A stretch of 62,786 nucleotides of DNA, filler included, from Rhabdomonas costata (GCA_019059605.1; 38 parts of 38 records of this genome joined end to end with filler, not necessarily neighbours in it); one strand, 5' to 3'; positions 24,842-36,447 are shown, counted from the whole stretch's first letter. Program-made: numbers and translations. Notes: generated from the letters alone by a model not told the origin.

Positions 24842-26119
24842 GGCAAACTGAACCTGAGACATGGCAAGGAAGACCAGGTGCCGAATTTATAGCTGCCCGA
24901 ACATCTGTGCAAGTGCATGTGTTAACGTCGTTAACTTGTGGCAGTTCTAGCGAGATCATCCGAAATTGAATAGAACAAGCTGATAGAACAACTCCCTTGA
25001 TACTACAGCAAGGTCCATTAGGTACAGCGCTGTTCTGAACTGAAACAAGCAGATCTGAGAACTAGCACAGCCCACAAAGATGCTCTCTCGAAAAAGTTCC
25101 CCCAGATGGGGATGGCTGTTCCGTCGGGCCTGCGCCAACAAGTCTTCCACGCTTGTCAGTCGCTCAATTGGCTCTTGCGAATTTCGAGGGCGCTTGGCAG
25201 GATTCAGTGTAGACACCTGCCCAGCGCCAGTTTCCATTTCCGAAGACTTGAAAGGGAGATCGACCAACTTATCAGAGTTCGGTACCGAAGAGGAAAGATA
25301 CTTTTCCATCGACCCACGCTGCTCATCTACACGGACTACTTTGTAGGGCAACGGGTTTCGAGACTCCCCTGTGGGTTTTGCTGGATCAGCAGGAGGCTTG
25401 GCGCCTGATGACGACGATGAGGATGGAGCAAAAGGAGTTGGTAGAGCATTGGTGGGGGGTGCGGGCAACTCTTGATCTTGGTGGGTGTCCGTCAAAGGGG
25501 AGCCGAAGGAACCAAGGGTAGGCACAACATACGCCCGGGCCGCGTTCTGCCCCACCAGTCTCGCCGCTACACTTTCACATAGCTTTGCAATCACACAGGC
25601 CTCGTTCAGGAAATGAACCTCACTCTTCGTAGGGTGCACATTGACATCCAGGCGGTGTGGCTGCACTTGAAGGCTTATGAAAAGGAAGGGATGCGCCCCC
25701 CGTGGAAGAACAGCCTCGTAGGCCGCCTCCAGCCCTCGCTTGAGAGGCGCACAGTCCACCAGGCGACCGTTGATGAACAGGATAAATGTGGACTTTTTGC
25801 TAACGTAGTTCGCGTCAGACACAAACCCATGGGCTCGGAAGCCAAGTTGGGAATCCTCCAAAAAGTCCCATGAAACCTCGAGAAGATGCTGGGACACACT
25901 GTGACCGAAGAGCAGCCCAATGACTGTGGATGTGGTTCCCCCACGGGGTGAGCACAGGTCGGAAGAGCCTCCCCATGGCCCAGGGTCGAGCCGGCGGCAG
26001 ACCATCCCACAGCTGGGATTGTTCACTGCGTATCGCGAAACCACCTCAACAATTCTCTGGTACTCCTCGGAGGGACTTTTCAGAGCCTTTCGTCTCAGAG
26101 GCACGTTGTAAAATAAGTC
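24842..26119 (-). CDS. MLH1: DNA mismatch repair protein MLH1, long internal exon (26119 to ~24959) plus start of next exon (~24870-24842)
   Basis: DLFYNVPLRRKALKSPSEEY, FILFINGRLV, DVNVHPTKSEVHFLNE, VRVD, LTSV, FVGC, ELFYQ; AG acceptor at 26120. Confidence 0.95.
24871..24958 (-). other. Candidate euglenid nonconventional (non-GT-AG) intron, 88 nt, borders uncertain by a few nt
   Basis: In-frame TGA with no usable GT donor; removing 88 nt gives NF(G/A)SLPCLRFSLP, aligning with MLH1 DFANFGVLRLSEP; the segment is self-complementary with paired ends. Confidence 0.6.
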
Positions 26120-26991
26120 CTGCGTATGAGAAAAGCCAAAACAGCTAATGTTGCGATGGACCAGTAAGAAAATCCCGATTTTACAAACAGGCAGATAAGA
26201 GAGACACCAAGAAGCGTTCTGAATCTGGTTAATCATACCATCAACGGGATACCGCACTTGCTATTTCAAAACACTTTCCAAATATTCCAAAACCATGCTT
26301 CAACCACTTTCATGAGCTGGCGTAGATGCAAATCGCCTCCGAAACGACGTTTTCAACACTCTTAGAAGGGTAGAAGAGAAGCGAGCACACCACACNNNNN
26401 NNNNNNNNNNNNNNNNNNNNNNNNNNNNNNNNNNNNNNNTTAATTAATTAANNNNNNNNNNNNNNNNNNNNNNNNNNNNNNNNNNNNNNNNNNNNTTTTT
26501 TGTGGAGGCGGGTCCCAGGGGTCCCATGTGCCACCATCGAGGGGGTGCCACAAGGGAAAGGTTGATCTTCTGAAATGATAATGGCTGCGTGGGCTGGCTG
26601 TTACGCTTGGGTCCCAGGTTGCGTTTGTCTTTTCCTTGTCTTTCACCTTTGTAGAGGCGTTGTGTGTTTCTTGCTTTGCAAACCCTGAGAGTGGGAACAC
26701 GCCGCTTTTCATTCATACGTGCTGTGTGCTTCGAAAAATTGCTTGAATGGGGAAGTGCTAAGTTCTGCGGGGTATTGCGTAATGTTTTTTTCGCACACTA
26801 CCTGAGCGGCAGTGTGCATCCTTTGGGGGAAAGGATTTGCGGATCTTCTCTGCGCCTGAATTCGGTTTCTGATGTGGGTGATATGGGACAGTCGTATTTT
26901 TTGCTGCAATAGATGGTTTACCTCCACGCTCGTTATTTTTCCTTCAGTAGTAGCTCATTATTCACCAGAAATTCTGTTCATACGAGGTCGA

Positions 26992-27344
26992 ATGGAAGAT
27001 CCCCGTTTTGGCAGTAAACCCGAGACCCAGAGCGAGCTGGCTGCTGTTCTTTTGGAAGACTGCGTGCTGCACCCGGCGACGCCTGCGCAAAGGGCCCTCC
27101 TGGAGCAGATCTGGAACCTCCACCGCTTTCCCTGGTGGGAGCTTGGGTTGACAACAAGGTTGGGTGTCACCGCGGATGGGGAGCCAGCCTTGGCCTTTGG
27201 TGCGGAGCCCGGCGCTGCAGCAGAGGCCGCAATGCGGACGCTTCCTCGGCGCCTCGGGAACCCTGCAACTACGGGGACCTGTCGGGTAGTGATCTACTTG
27301 GAGACCCCACTGAGCCGTGAGCGGCTACTGAAGTCTGACCTGTC
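26992..27344 (+). CDS. Hypothetical protein, probable first exon
   Basis: ATG-initiated GC-rich open frame MEDPRFGSKPETQSELAAVLL...RLLKSDL; no family recognised; downstream exons could not be phased. Confidence 0.4.
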
Positions 27345-28508
27345 GTGAGAGCTGAATCGCGGCTGAGACGACTGCACCGGCCAGTGGTCGTTGCGTTGGA
27401 TTGCATGTGCTGACTGAACAGTTTGCCCCTGTGGAAGTCTCTGCCGCTAACGTATTGCCAGGTTGCTGTGTGAGAAGCTGGTTTTTCCTGACAAGGAAAG
27501 GTGATTAAGTTCGGAACTTTCACGAAGACAAGCGACCTCGCTTTCAACCGTCAACTGGTGAGCGATGAAGATTCCGAGGTATGGGCACGTACTTCTTCAT
27601 TTTGTCGGTCATTCTTCTATACGAACCGTTTTCGATTTCGACCGCGCAGCCTTATGTCCTTGGCTTTGCCCTTGTTCCTGCTTGCCCTGTGAGGTGCGCA
27701 TTCCCTTCACTGTGTGTGGGCAGTGTCCATGAATTGGCGGGAATTCTTAGCAAAAGCGGAGCAACCCGTTCGGCGCGTTTCAGAGGGCCGGCTGTGTGGC
27801 ACGGAGACCATCACTCGCACTTGGGCTCTTCTGGAGAGCCCATCGGTGGTGCTTCAGGTGGTGACCCACACGGCTCGCGGACCGTGCGGAACGGGCAGGT
27901 CATTGCAGCTGTCCTGGGCTCGCGGCGGTGAGCGAAGTTCCATGCACTTCGAGGTGTTTTGAAAACACAGTTTGCTTCGGGACTTACCTCGCTGCGAGCG
28001 CCCAATGCAAGTACTTTTTCGTTGCCTCGCTGGTTGACTTCCCACCAAAANNNNNNNNNNNNNNNNNNNNNNNNNNNNNNNNNNNNNNNNNNNNTTAATT
28101 AATTAANNNNNNNNNNNNNNNNNNNNNNNNNNNNNNNNNNNNNNNNNNNNGGTTTTGTTTGAAAAATCTAAATCACGCTTCCGCTGTGCAAAAATGCAAA
28201 GGCTGTCTGACTTCCGCAGCAGCCGCAAGCATTGTACAGCGGAAGCGTGATTTAGATTTTTCAAGCAAAGCCCCAATCCAAAAAACAGGTGACTAAAAAG
28301 TGCATAAAATGCATAAAATATATCCATGCATTTATGCTAAGCATACCAACCCTAGGCCGACCAATCTTAGAGTTGGGAAAGGGGCATCCCATCAAAAGGT
28401 TCGGCTGGTTGACCTTTTGCCCGGTGCCTTTGTCTGTGTGTGTTCGGACAGTTCTCTCTGTTGCCAGTTGACAGTTCTCTCTCTTACCAGTCTGTGAATC
28501 TGTGACAG

Positions 28509-29394
28509 GTCGTGACTTTCGCCTTCGTTACTGCTGTCGAGGCGTTAAAGAAGCAGCTTTCAAGTGGGAGCGGGGGCAAGGCACAGTCAAAGTTGCTGTC
28601 GCCACCCGGGGTTCTGGTCGTCATCCATTGCCTGATTCCTCTGCTCGTTGTGTATGTCTCCCTGCTTCCTCTCTGGTCTGCTGCAAGGTTATGAGAAACG
28701 AAAATGTCCTAACCTTGACACCTAGACAAGAGGAGGGAAGGTCCGAGGGGGGGGACTAATAATACCGAATCAAAAGAATCGAAAAATGGCTAAGAATCCA
28801 TTTTGAAATTAAAAATTGAACGAATCAGAAATGAAGATGCTGAAACCTTGACCAACTCAGCGGGTCAGCGGGGTTTTGTTGTTCGCCTCAACAAGCGGCT
28901 ATGGAGGGGAAACAATGATTATGTAACGCGAATCTAATATAATAATCCAAAGGAAAAAAGGGATCTGCTAGGAACTGAAATCTGACGTCTACGTTAAGAT
29001 CTCGCGGTTTGACGGTAAAAACAGAACGTACTATGCCAAAAAAACAAGCCTACCCTGAAGAAAGTCACAGTGAAAAAACTTCATTTCTAAAGTTTTTGCG
29101 CACTATTCTCTTACTAATGAGTTGTTGTTGGCCTTATATGAATTCAAAAGAATGTAATGTTTCGAAAGAGAGAGAGAGAGAGAGATGGACAAAAGACCAT
29201 TTGCCTTAGATATGAGTGAATGAAGACGGCAATGTTCAGTTTACAGCGCACCCTGTTCTGTGTGTGCCGTCAGGGTGCTGACCTCGCTCCTGGGGCTACC
29301 AATGTGGGTGGCGTACGCCGCCATTGCGCTGCCCTACTGTCTCTCCTCTCGGCGACTGCAGGCTCCAAGCGCGGAAGCGCTTCGCTCGAAGTGA
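28509..29394 (+). CDS. Membrane protein C-terminus, exons 28509-28651 and 29274-29394
   Basis: Hydrophobic segments GVLVVIHCLIPLLVV|VLTSLLGLPMWVAYAAIALPY joined in phase (GT|G); TGA at 29392. Confidence 0.55.
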
Positions 29395-29939
29395 GCCTCC
29401 TCCCCCTGACTTGGCGTTTTTCGACGCTTTCATCCAGGTAAAGGGAACTGCTCATGTTCTGTGAGTTGAGTGTTGGATTTGATACAGCACTTGGTGTGTC
29501 TGGATTTGATCGCTTGGTGACGTTCAATGTTGTTCACTCGCCATGTTGTCGATTTTCCTTTGAAATACTCACCGAATTGCCTTTTCACCACCTCAGCATG
29601 CAAACTTGCAATTAAAAAAGGACACTTTTCGACCTCTCTCCTCCTTGCTGGTGGCCTTCCTTGGGAGGGAGGGGCCCCCTCGCTCTTGAATACCCCCCCC
29701 CCCANNNNNNNNNNNNNNNNNNNNNNNNNNNNNNNNNNNNNNNNNNNNTTAATTAATTAANNNNNNNNNNNNNNNNNNNNNNNNNNNNNNNNNNNNNNNN
29801 NNNNTTGGGGAAGCCACAGGGGGCTCATATTTCAAACGAAACCTCCAAAAGCAAGGCTTCCACCAAAACGGCTGCAAGTTGGTATCCCTGCCGGCAGGAC
29901 CTTCTGGAAGTCATTCCTCTGCGAAAATTTGTTCGCCTT

Positions 29940-30853
29940 CAGCGGCAAGCAGAATCTCATGCGAAATCAAGCGAAATTCTCGGACTTCGCTTCGGCGCCG
30001 CTGGACCGGTTTTTTCAGTCTGTCCAGTGGAGAGAGAGAGGCCAAAAGTCTTGGAAAAAATGCTCAATCCTCAATTCCTCTGTTCCTCTGTCGCGGGCGA
30101 GATACCGCTGTTGATCTAACCATACTACACAGCCTCCTACACAGCCTGAATCCTTCACCAGTGGGATACACGCCACCGGTCCGTTGATAAAGCAGAATTG
30201 GCGAAGCACACAAGTCAGATGGTCCATGCGCCCAGGCAGGACTCGAGTTTGTTCCCGTGGCTGCAGACACTTTCGGAGCGTACGGCCAAGAGGGCGAGCG
30301 GTTTCTGGCTCAGCTCTTGTCACGGTACGCGAAGCGCTTCGTGAGCGATAGCGAAACGAGGTTTCCAGGTCAACCCCAACAACAGGCTGGCAGAGAGTCG
30401 CAGTCGCGCTCCGCAAAGCGGTGGCTCGGCAGCAAGGGGCAGCTCATTCACAGGCCGGGGGCCTGTGGGTGTCACCATTTCCCGGCGATGAGCCGGACTC
30501 TTCACCGGTGGAGATGGACCCGTAAAGCCCCCGACCTCCCCCCATCTCTCATTGTAAACGACAGCCTGTTAGTGAGTTCGCAGGTTGGTTGATGGGGTTT
30601 TGGTTTGTTTGCTTGTTCGCTTGTTTGCTTGTTTGTTTGTTCCACGTGTTCGCATCTTCTTCGAGTTCCACCGCGGTCCCTTCCCTTTCCACTCGCGTAT
30701 TCTTTGTTTCTTGTGAGTCCGCTATTAGCGAGCGGAATTAGAGACCGCCTTGGCGGATTCCCGCCTTTTCCCTTTTCGGTCTTGGCATTGACCAAGCTGG
30801 CAGTGAATAAGGGCCGGGGGTGCGACGACCCAAAGCGAGCTCCCACAAAAAAA
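29940..30853 (+). mobile_element. Decayed CRE-like (restriction-like endonuclease) non-LTR retrotransposon, 3' end, copy 1
   Basis: Frameshifted pieces GRDTAVDLTI, AELAKH, CAQAGLEFVPVAADTFGAYGQEGERFLAQL and WQRVAVALRKAVARQ follow the RLE C-terminal pattern; ends in an A-rich tail at ~30845-30853. Confidence 0.75.
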
Positions 30854-31108
30854 TCTTGTTCTTGTTCTTGTGTGTTGTCTGCTATGTGTTGCCATGTGCT
30901 AGTTGATGTTTGCACGTGGACCTTTCACTGAACAGTGGTGACGCCGTGTCGTGCAGAACTACACGAATGCGTAATCGGTTTATAATTTCAAGACGCTCTG
31001 GTTTCTTTCTTTCGTTCTTTCTTTCTTTCTTTCTTATTTTCTTAAAATCGGTTTTTGCCATGTTTGTTCGCACTCGCCCTCATCGTTTTCTCCAGCAAAG
31101 CCCAAAAA

Positions 31109-31347
31109 ATGTCCGCAGTCAAGGTTCTATCCTATGTGCTTGCTCGGCTCTCGCTGGTGGGCACAATGGTCTACTTTGGGCTGTTTCTGAATTTCCTACT
31201 GAACGATCCCTTCCGCCTGGGGCTGCCCACGATGGACGCAGCCGTGGCGCTGCCATCGAACCGCTGCACCCGATTCGACGTGTCGAGCTTCGTCACCAAC
31301 GCCCTGGCCTTCCTGGCGGTTGCACTGCAGCACTCGGGCATGGCTCG
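31109..31347 (+). CDS. MddA (methanethiol S-methyltransferase)/nurim-family membrane protein, N-terminus
   Basis: AAAAATG start after a polypyrimidine tract and AG; TM segment then NALAFLAVALQHSGMAR containing the QHSxMAR signature. Confidence 0.65.
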
Positions 31348-31457
31348 ACACAACACANNNNNNNNNNNNNNNNNNNNNNNNNNNNNNNNNNNNNNNNNNN
31401 NTTAATTAATTAANNNNNNNNNNNNNNNNNNNNNNNNNNNNNNNNNNNNNNNNNNNN

Positions 31458-32876
31458 TTTTGTTTGTGGGCTGCGCTCCTTCTTTCCGTCGTCTTTGATA
31501 GTCTTCTTGGGTGAGCGTTTCTGTTTGTCTTTGTCACCTTTGCTTTTGCGCGTCGTCTTAGCCTTTTTCGCATCTTCAGAACTTTGACTGGAAGAAGACC
31601 CCGCCTCCGAACTAGACTCCTTGTCGGAAGCTTTCTTCCCCGCAGATTTCTTGTCTGTCTTCTTTTTTGAAGAGCTTCTCTTCTTGTCTTTGTTCTGACG
31701 TTTGTTGTGTTTCCCAGATTTCTCTTTTCTCTTTCTCTGTTCTGCAGAGCTCTGACTCGAAGAGGACGCTTCATCGGAGCTTGAGTTCTCTTTTTCGTCT
31801 TCAGACTCTGATTCCGAACTCTGGCTGTCGGAGTCTACCTTTTCCTTCTTGGAGGCACGCCCTTTTTTTTTTTGGTCCTTTGAAGTCTTCTTAGAGCCTT
31901 TGGACTTTGTCTTCCAGTCCTTCATCTCACGCTCATACCGCTCCCTGTCCTTGGCAGCCTTCTCGTTGTACTCCTTCTTATCATTCTCATCCATCCGACC
32001 CCACTCTCGAGAAATCTTCTGCGCAACCTCTCCAAAAGGCATTTCAGGGTGCTTCTTTACAATCTCCGGTCTTCGCTCAATCGAGAAGTACATAAAGGCG
32101 GTGATCGCACGCTTGGGCTGATCCTTTTCCTTTTCCTTGCCTTTCTTGCTCCTCTTTTCCTTGGAACGACGCCGGCTTTTAGCCTCGGCTTTCTTTTGTC
32201 GTTGCTCTCGTTTCTTTTCTCGAATTTCTCCTTTGCTGGGAGGAAGAGCTTGATCGGTGGCTGCAGGTTTCTCAAGAAACTTTGCAACGGCCGAGATCAG
32301 GGATGAACGATCGGGCTTTTCCGGTGCACACAGCAAGATCTGAGCGATTTCCTTCAACACAGAAACAGACTTTATGCGATTCAGGCGGTCCTCCAGCATC
32401 TTGACCGTGCAACCTTCCGCCGCACCAGAGAATTCCCTGAACGAGCAAGCAAACACATCAGAGCAGGAGTAGAGGTTGTAAAATGAGAACAAGGCTGCAA
32501 AAGCTAAAGGACCTTATGTTTCTTTTCCTCAGCGTGTGCTTGCCGTCTCGGCCAAACATCACTTTATGAAGCGAAACCATAGCAGGGTCATCACTTCCGT
32601 ACCGGCCAAGCATGACGCGAACATTTGTGATTTCTCTGAGAGAAGAACCGCTGCCTTTGGGAATGTGCAACTCAGAGATAACCTTTGGGCCTGAAGGTTG
32701 AAATCTGTCCACCTTGGACCTTTCACGCGGTTTTCCCTGAAAAATGAAAAAAATGAGGGCGGCTTGAGAAAAAACGACAGTAGCTGTCAAAAAGCAACAG
32801 AAGAGGTGAGAAATACTTCGCGCTTCCCATCCGAGGGCTCGGGAGGATCTTGCCTCATGTCAGTCTCGCTCGACAT
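31458..32876 (-). CDS. DEK-like chromatin protein fused to an HMG box; exons 32876-32817, 32736-32513, 32436 onward
   Basis: RERSKVDRF...IPKGSGSSLREI...LHKVMFGRDG...KRNIR|EFSG...AKFLEKP (DEK N-terminal/SAP-like region), then PKRAITAFMYFS...FGEVAQKISREW...DRERYEREM (HMG box) and a K/S/E tail; 80- and 76-nt GT-AG introns in phase. Confidence 0.85.
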
Positions 32877-33476
32877 TTTCTAGTGGTGAGGGAATCAAAA
32901 CCACTGCTGAAGAACAATAAAAAGCACGTTTTTTAGTACAGGACAATTGCTTGCTTGCTTGCATCCGAATCGCGGCACCAAGCACCATCCCAGCCACACT
33001 CACAACCAACAANNNNNNNNNNNNNNNNNNNNNNNNNNNNNNNNNNNNNNNNNNNNTTAATTAATTAANNNNNNNNNNNNNNNNNNNNNNNNNNNNNNNN
33101 NNNNNNNNNNNNGTTTTATTTGGGCATGTCCACTACCACCCCTCTTTTTTTCTTCGCGCTAAACAAACGGCAATCTCATACTCTCCCTTCTGCCGCTCCT
33201 AATCGCTGTCCAGGGTTCCAGCAAAGGCTTAAGGGCACTTTATCCGCCAAATATCCAAATATCCAAACATGTGAAACAACAACGCACCGAAGCAAAGTGG
33301 GAGCGATGTCCCTTACATTTCATTCCTTCTCCATTTTTTACAATGAAGCCCGAAAAGGTCTTTTAGCAAAAAAAAACATCGCATAGATGAAGGGCAGGAT
33401 CATGTTCTTTCTCGCGTCATTTTCGCGGGTGTTTGGGGTTACCCTTGGTGTGCTCCTGTGCTCCTGAGCTCCTGCT

Positions 33477-34281
33477 ATGCTCTGCCGGTGCAAGAGATCC
33501 CTAAAAGACACAATTTGTAGGCCCCACTCTCTGGGCGTTGGCGGCCATGGTGTCACATCTACAATCGCCATAATTTTGTTTGATGCCTGGGCACCTCCCT
33601 CCCAGACTCCGACGACCGTCCCGGAGACCTGCTGGTCGAGTTCTTGGAAAGTTTTTGGGCTTCTCTCCAGGTCGGAACGGCATCCAAGCAGGCATATTTG
33701 CAGCGCGACTATTTTTTTTGGTTAACCTGGAAGTTCGCTGTGCCTTTTACAGTATCTCCCATCATTATTGCTGCGAGGAAGCAGACACGATTGAACCCGA
33801 ACTTTTACAGCGTTGGTGCCGCTGAGTTGTGGGTGCCCTGTCAAGTCCTCCGGCTGCTGCTGGCCCCAGTAACGTGTAAGGCACCCCCTTCCTTCGACAG
33901 CTTGCCATGTACAATACCCGCAGTTAAAATTGTCACCTTTGAAGCGCATCCAAGGGATTACCTCGACGGGGCGCGCCTTACCAGTCGCCCGCGGTCAACA
34001 CACAGCACGTGCATTCTGAATACAAGTCATCATTTCCTTTACTCCAAGCTCACACGGAGGTGGCCCATGTGGTCTCAGTGTCTGACGCAGTGCGATGTGT
34101 GCGTTTTCGCTTATGCACTCGCCTCCAACCATCGCAGCGGTCCCTTCCCTTCCGGCGCCCAAATCTATGTTGCGCTTTCGTTTTTTGTCAGCGTTAATGT
34201 GTGCGGATATAGAGACCACCTTGGCGGGTTCCTCACTTCGCCCTGCGACGACCCAAAGCGAGCCTTTAAAAGAAGCAAAAA
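33477..34281 (+). mobile_element. Decayed, internally deleted CRE-like non-LTR retrotransposon, 3' end, copy 2
   Basis: CRCKRSLKDTICRPHSL (zinc-knuckle remnant), IYNRHNF (RHN motif), PDSDDRPGDLLV (RPxD motif); 3' blocks shared with copy 1, then an A-rich tail. Confidence 0.65.
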
Positions 34282-34505
34282 CTAAGCCACGGATAAAAAA
34301 TATCACATTCACCAATTACAAACCGAGTTAAGGATACGCAAACACTACCAAGGCACCCTTTGGTTTAAAAATATCGGGTAGCACCGCCTTGCTACGCTTC
34401 TAACCTTCACCCACTACTCAAGGGTGGATTCCTTCTGCGAGAAAAACGAAAACAGCCTTCAAGCAAGGGGGGAGCGGACGCTTCCTTGCACGAAAACGGG
34501 CAAAC

Positions 34506-34616
34506 CCATGCAACAATCCGCCAGGTTGCAAAACGTCGAGCCGCAGCTCGTGGTAGCGTTCTTGGCGGTGTACCCCTGGGGACAGACGTAGCTCATGCCG
34601 CCGCACGTCAGCCCAG
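34506..34616 (-). CDS. Cysteine-rich extracellular repeat module, symmetric phase-1 exon
   Basis: 111-nt exon ttcag|...|gtttg encoding GLTCGGMSYVCPQGYTAKNATTSCGSTFCNLADCCM. Confidence 0.6.
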
Positions 34617-35082
34617 CTGAAATCCGACAAGAGTCCAGAACAGCAGTACTGTATAACCACACCCCCNNNNNNNNNNNNNNNNNNNNNNNNNNNNNNNNNN
34701 NNNNNNNNNNTTAATTAATTAANNNNNNNNNNNNNNNNNNNNNNNNNNNNNNNNNNNNNNNNNNNNGGGTGGTGGGCAAAGACCACAGGGGCACCAAAAG
34801 GCAGGGGTTGTGTGAATGGAAGGGGGGTGAGGAAGAGGGAGAGGGATTGATGACTGCCCTAGACGATGGCAGCCGACAATCCACTGCTTCCGCTGTGTTG
34901 CCAAATCCCTCTGCGTCAAGCATGGAGATGAGGTGGTTAAGAGACATGGAACCGTGACCGCAACCCAGAAAGGAAGGATATTCCGTATCAAGAGCCTGGG
35001 AACAAGCTCTTCCAGGAAAACCAATTGTGAAATGTAAGTAGAGGCAGGGGATAGTGGAAGGAAATGAGGCATAGAGGAGCAC

Positions 35083-35983
35083 CAGGCGCTCTCCCAGGAT
35101 GGCCCTTATGGCGTCCTCGGTGCCCTTACTCAGGAAGTCTCCAGCAATGGTCTTCACCCCAGGAATAGGGCGAATGGGCACCAAGTCGACCCCAATGATC
35201 GTGGAGGCCACTGTCATCACCTTCTGGGCGATCTGAAGCCACCCTCCTGGCGCAGCACCCAGGTCCAGCAGCACCCTGAGAATGCCGGCCAATCAAAGGG
35301 GTGTCATGAAGTCCCGAAGGCAGCCTGGTTCTTTTCTCAGTGTTACTCCATTCCCTTTTTCAGGTGGTCCATATACAGGTAGAGCAAAAGCGAGACCAAA
35401 ACGTCTGCAAACTAGCTCTCTCACTCTAATGGAACAACAAATGGCTGGCTTTTGCGTTGGCTTCACCCCGCAGTTTTACATGTGCAAACGACTCCCGGCG
35501 CAGGGCAGCACTCAGAGTCGCCATGACTAAAAATCTCAAGCTCTTCTCTCAATAGGATGTGGTCCTTGGAGATTTGGGGGTCGTTGGTTTTCCTCCACTC
35601 CATGTCGTGTGGTGTCCCACTCTCATTCTAACGCACACCACACACAGCACAGCATACCCAGACAAGCCATTTTCATTTTCTGGTCTCCCCAGGATTCGCA
35701 GGATTCAGTAGCCCTGACACAGTACTTCTTCTCACCTTCTGAAAATTCCCACTGCTTCCCAACACACCGAAGGCTGTGGAGCAAACACCAAAAGCAGCAG
35801 AAGAGCGGGAAAATGGGGGCAGAAGGGGGGGGGGGGCGAGTACCGGGCATTCTTCAAGAACCCGAACCTTCGGTCCAGCTGGGCAAGCTTGAACGCCGAG
35901 CGGGCGCGCAGCCCCTGCTCCTTGGCGAGCTTGTAGTACTTGTCCAGCCGCTCCTTTCCGTGAACCTTCGTGTGCCGCGGCAT
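35083..35983 (-). CDS. SPB1: rRNA 2'-O-methyltransferase SPB1/FTSJ3, exons 35983-35844 and 35275-35083
   Basis: [28 protein letters not shown]...FL | [14 protein letters not shown]...[14 protein letters not shown]; splice in phase (CG|G). Confidence 0.93.
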
Positions 35984-36421
35984 TTTTTCTTGCGCAGCAG
36001 AGCTCGCGAAGGATTTGGAAGCCGAGGCTACGCCTCAGCACTCACCCGAAGGAACGGAGACGTACGGCCAATGGAGAGAAGTTTGCAGAACAGGGAAACC
36101 GGATCCCCAGAAGCCACCACACAAAAACCACACAAACGAGAACCCTGCAAAAATCAGGTGCATCCAATGGACAGGCATCAGAAAGCAACAACTGCCTCTT
36201 CTGCGAGCCAATCCCACGCATCAGATAGCAACATCTGACGTGTTGTTGTTTCAGCATAAATGCAAAAAAGTATTAGCGAAAAAAGCCACCCTTCTTCTGC
36301 CAAGAGGAGGAATACACTCTCNNNNNNNNNNNNNNNNNNNNNNNNNNNNNNNNNNNNNNNNNNNNTTAATTAATTAANNNNNNNNNNNNNNNNNNNNNNN
36401 NNNNNNNNNNNNNNNNNNNNN

Positions 36422-36447
36422 GTGTGGGTGTGTTTGGTGGTTGTTGT
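36422..36447 (+). other. Probable whole-genome-amplification primer remnant
   Basis: GTGTGGGTGTGTTTGG followed by ten G/T-only bases at the contig start; resembles, from memory, the GenomePlex-type universal primer. Confidence 0.6.

Noticed and set aside
28900..28935. Purine run followed by TGTAACG, resembling a PPT plus LTR start (also TGTAACG at ~178)
   Set aside because: No second LTR, PBS or gag/pol remnants; the motif is too short.
30718..30853. Retroelement 3' motif as an HDV-like or hammerhead ribozyme
   Set aside because: Could not build the nested double pseudoknot or find CUGANGA/GAAA cores in both copies.
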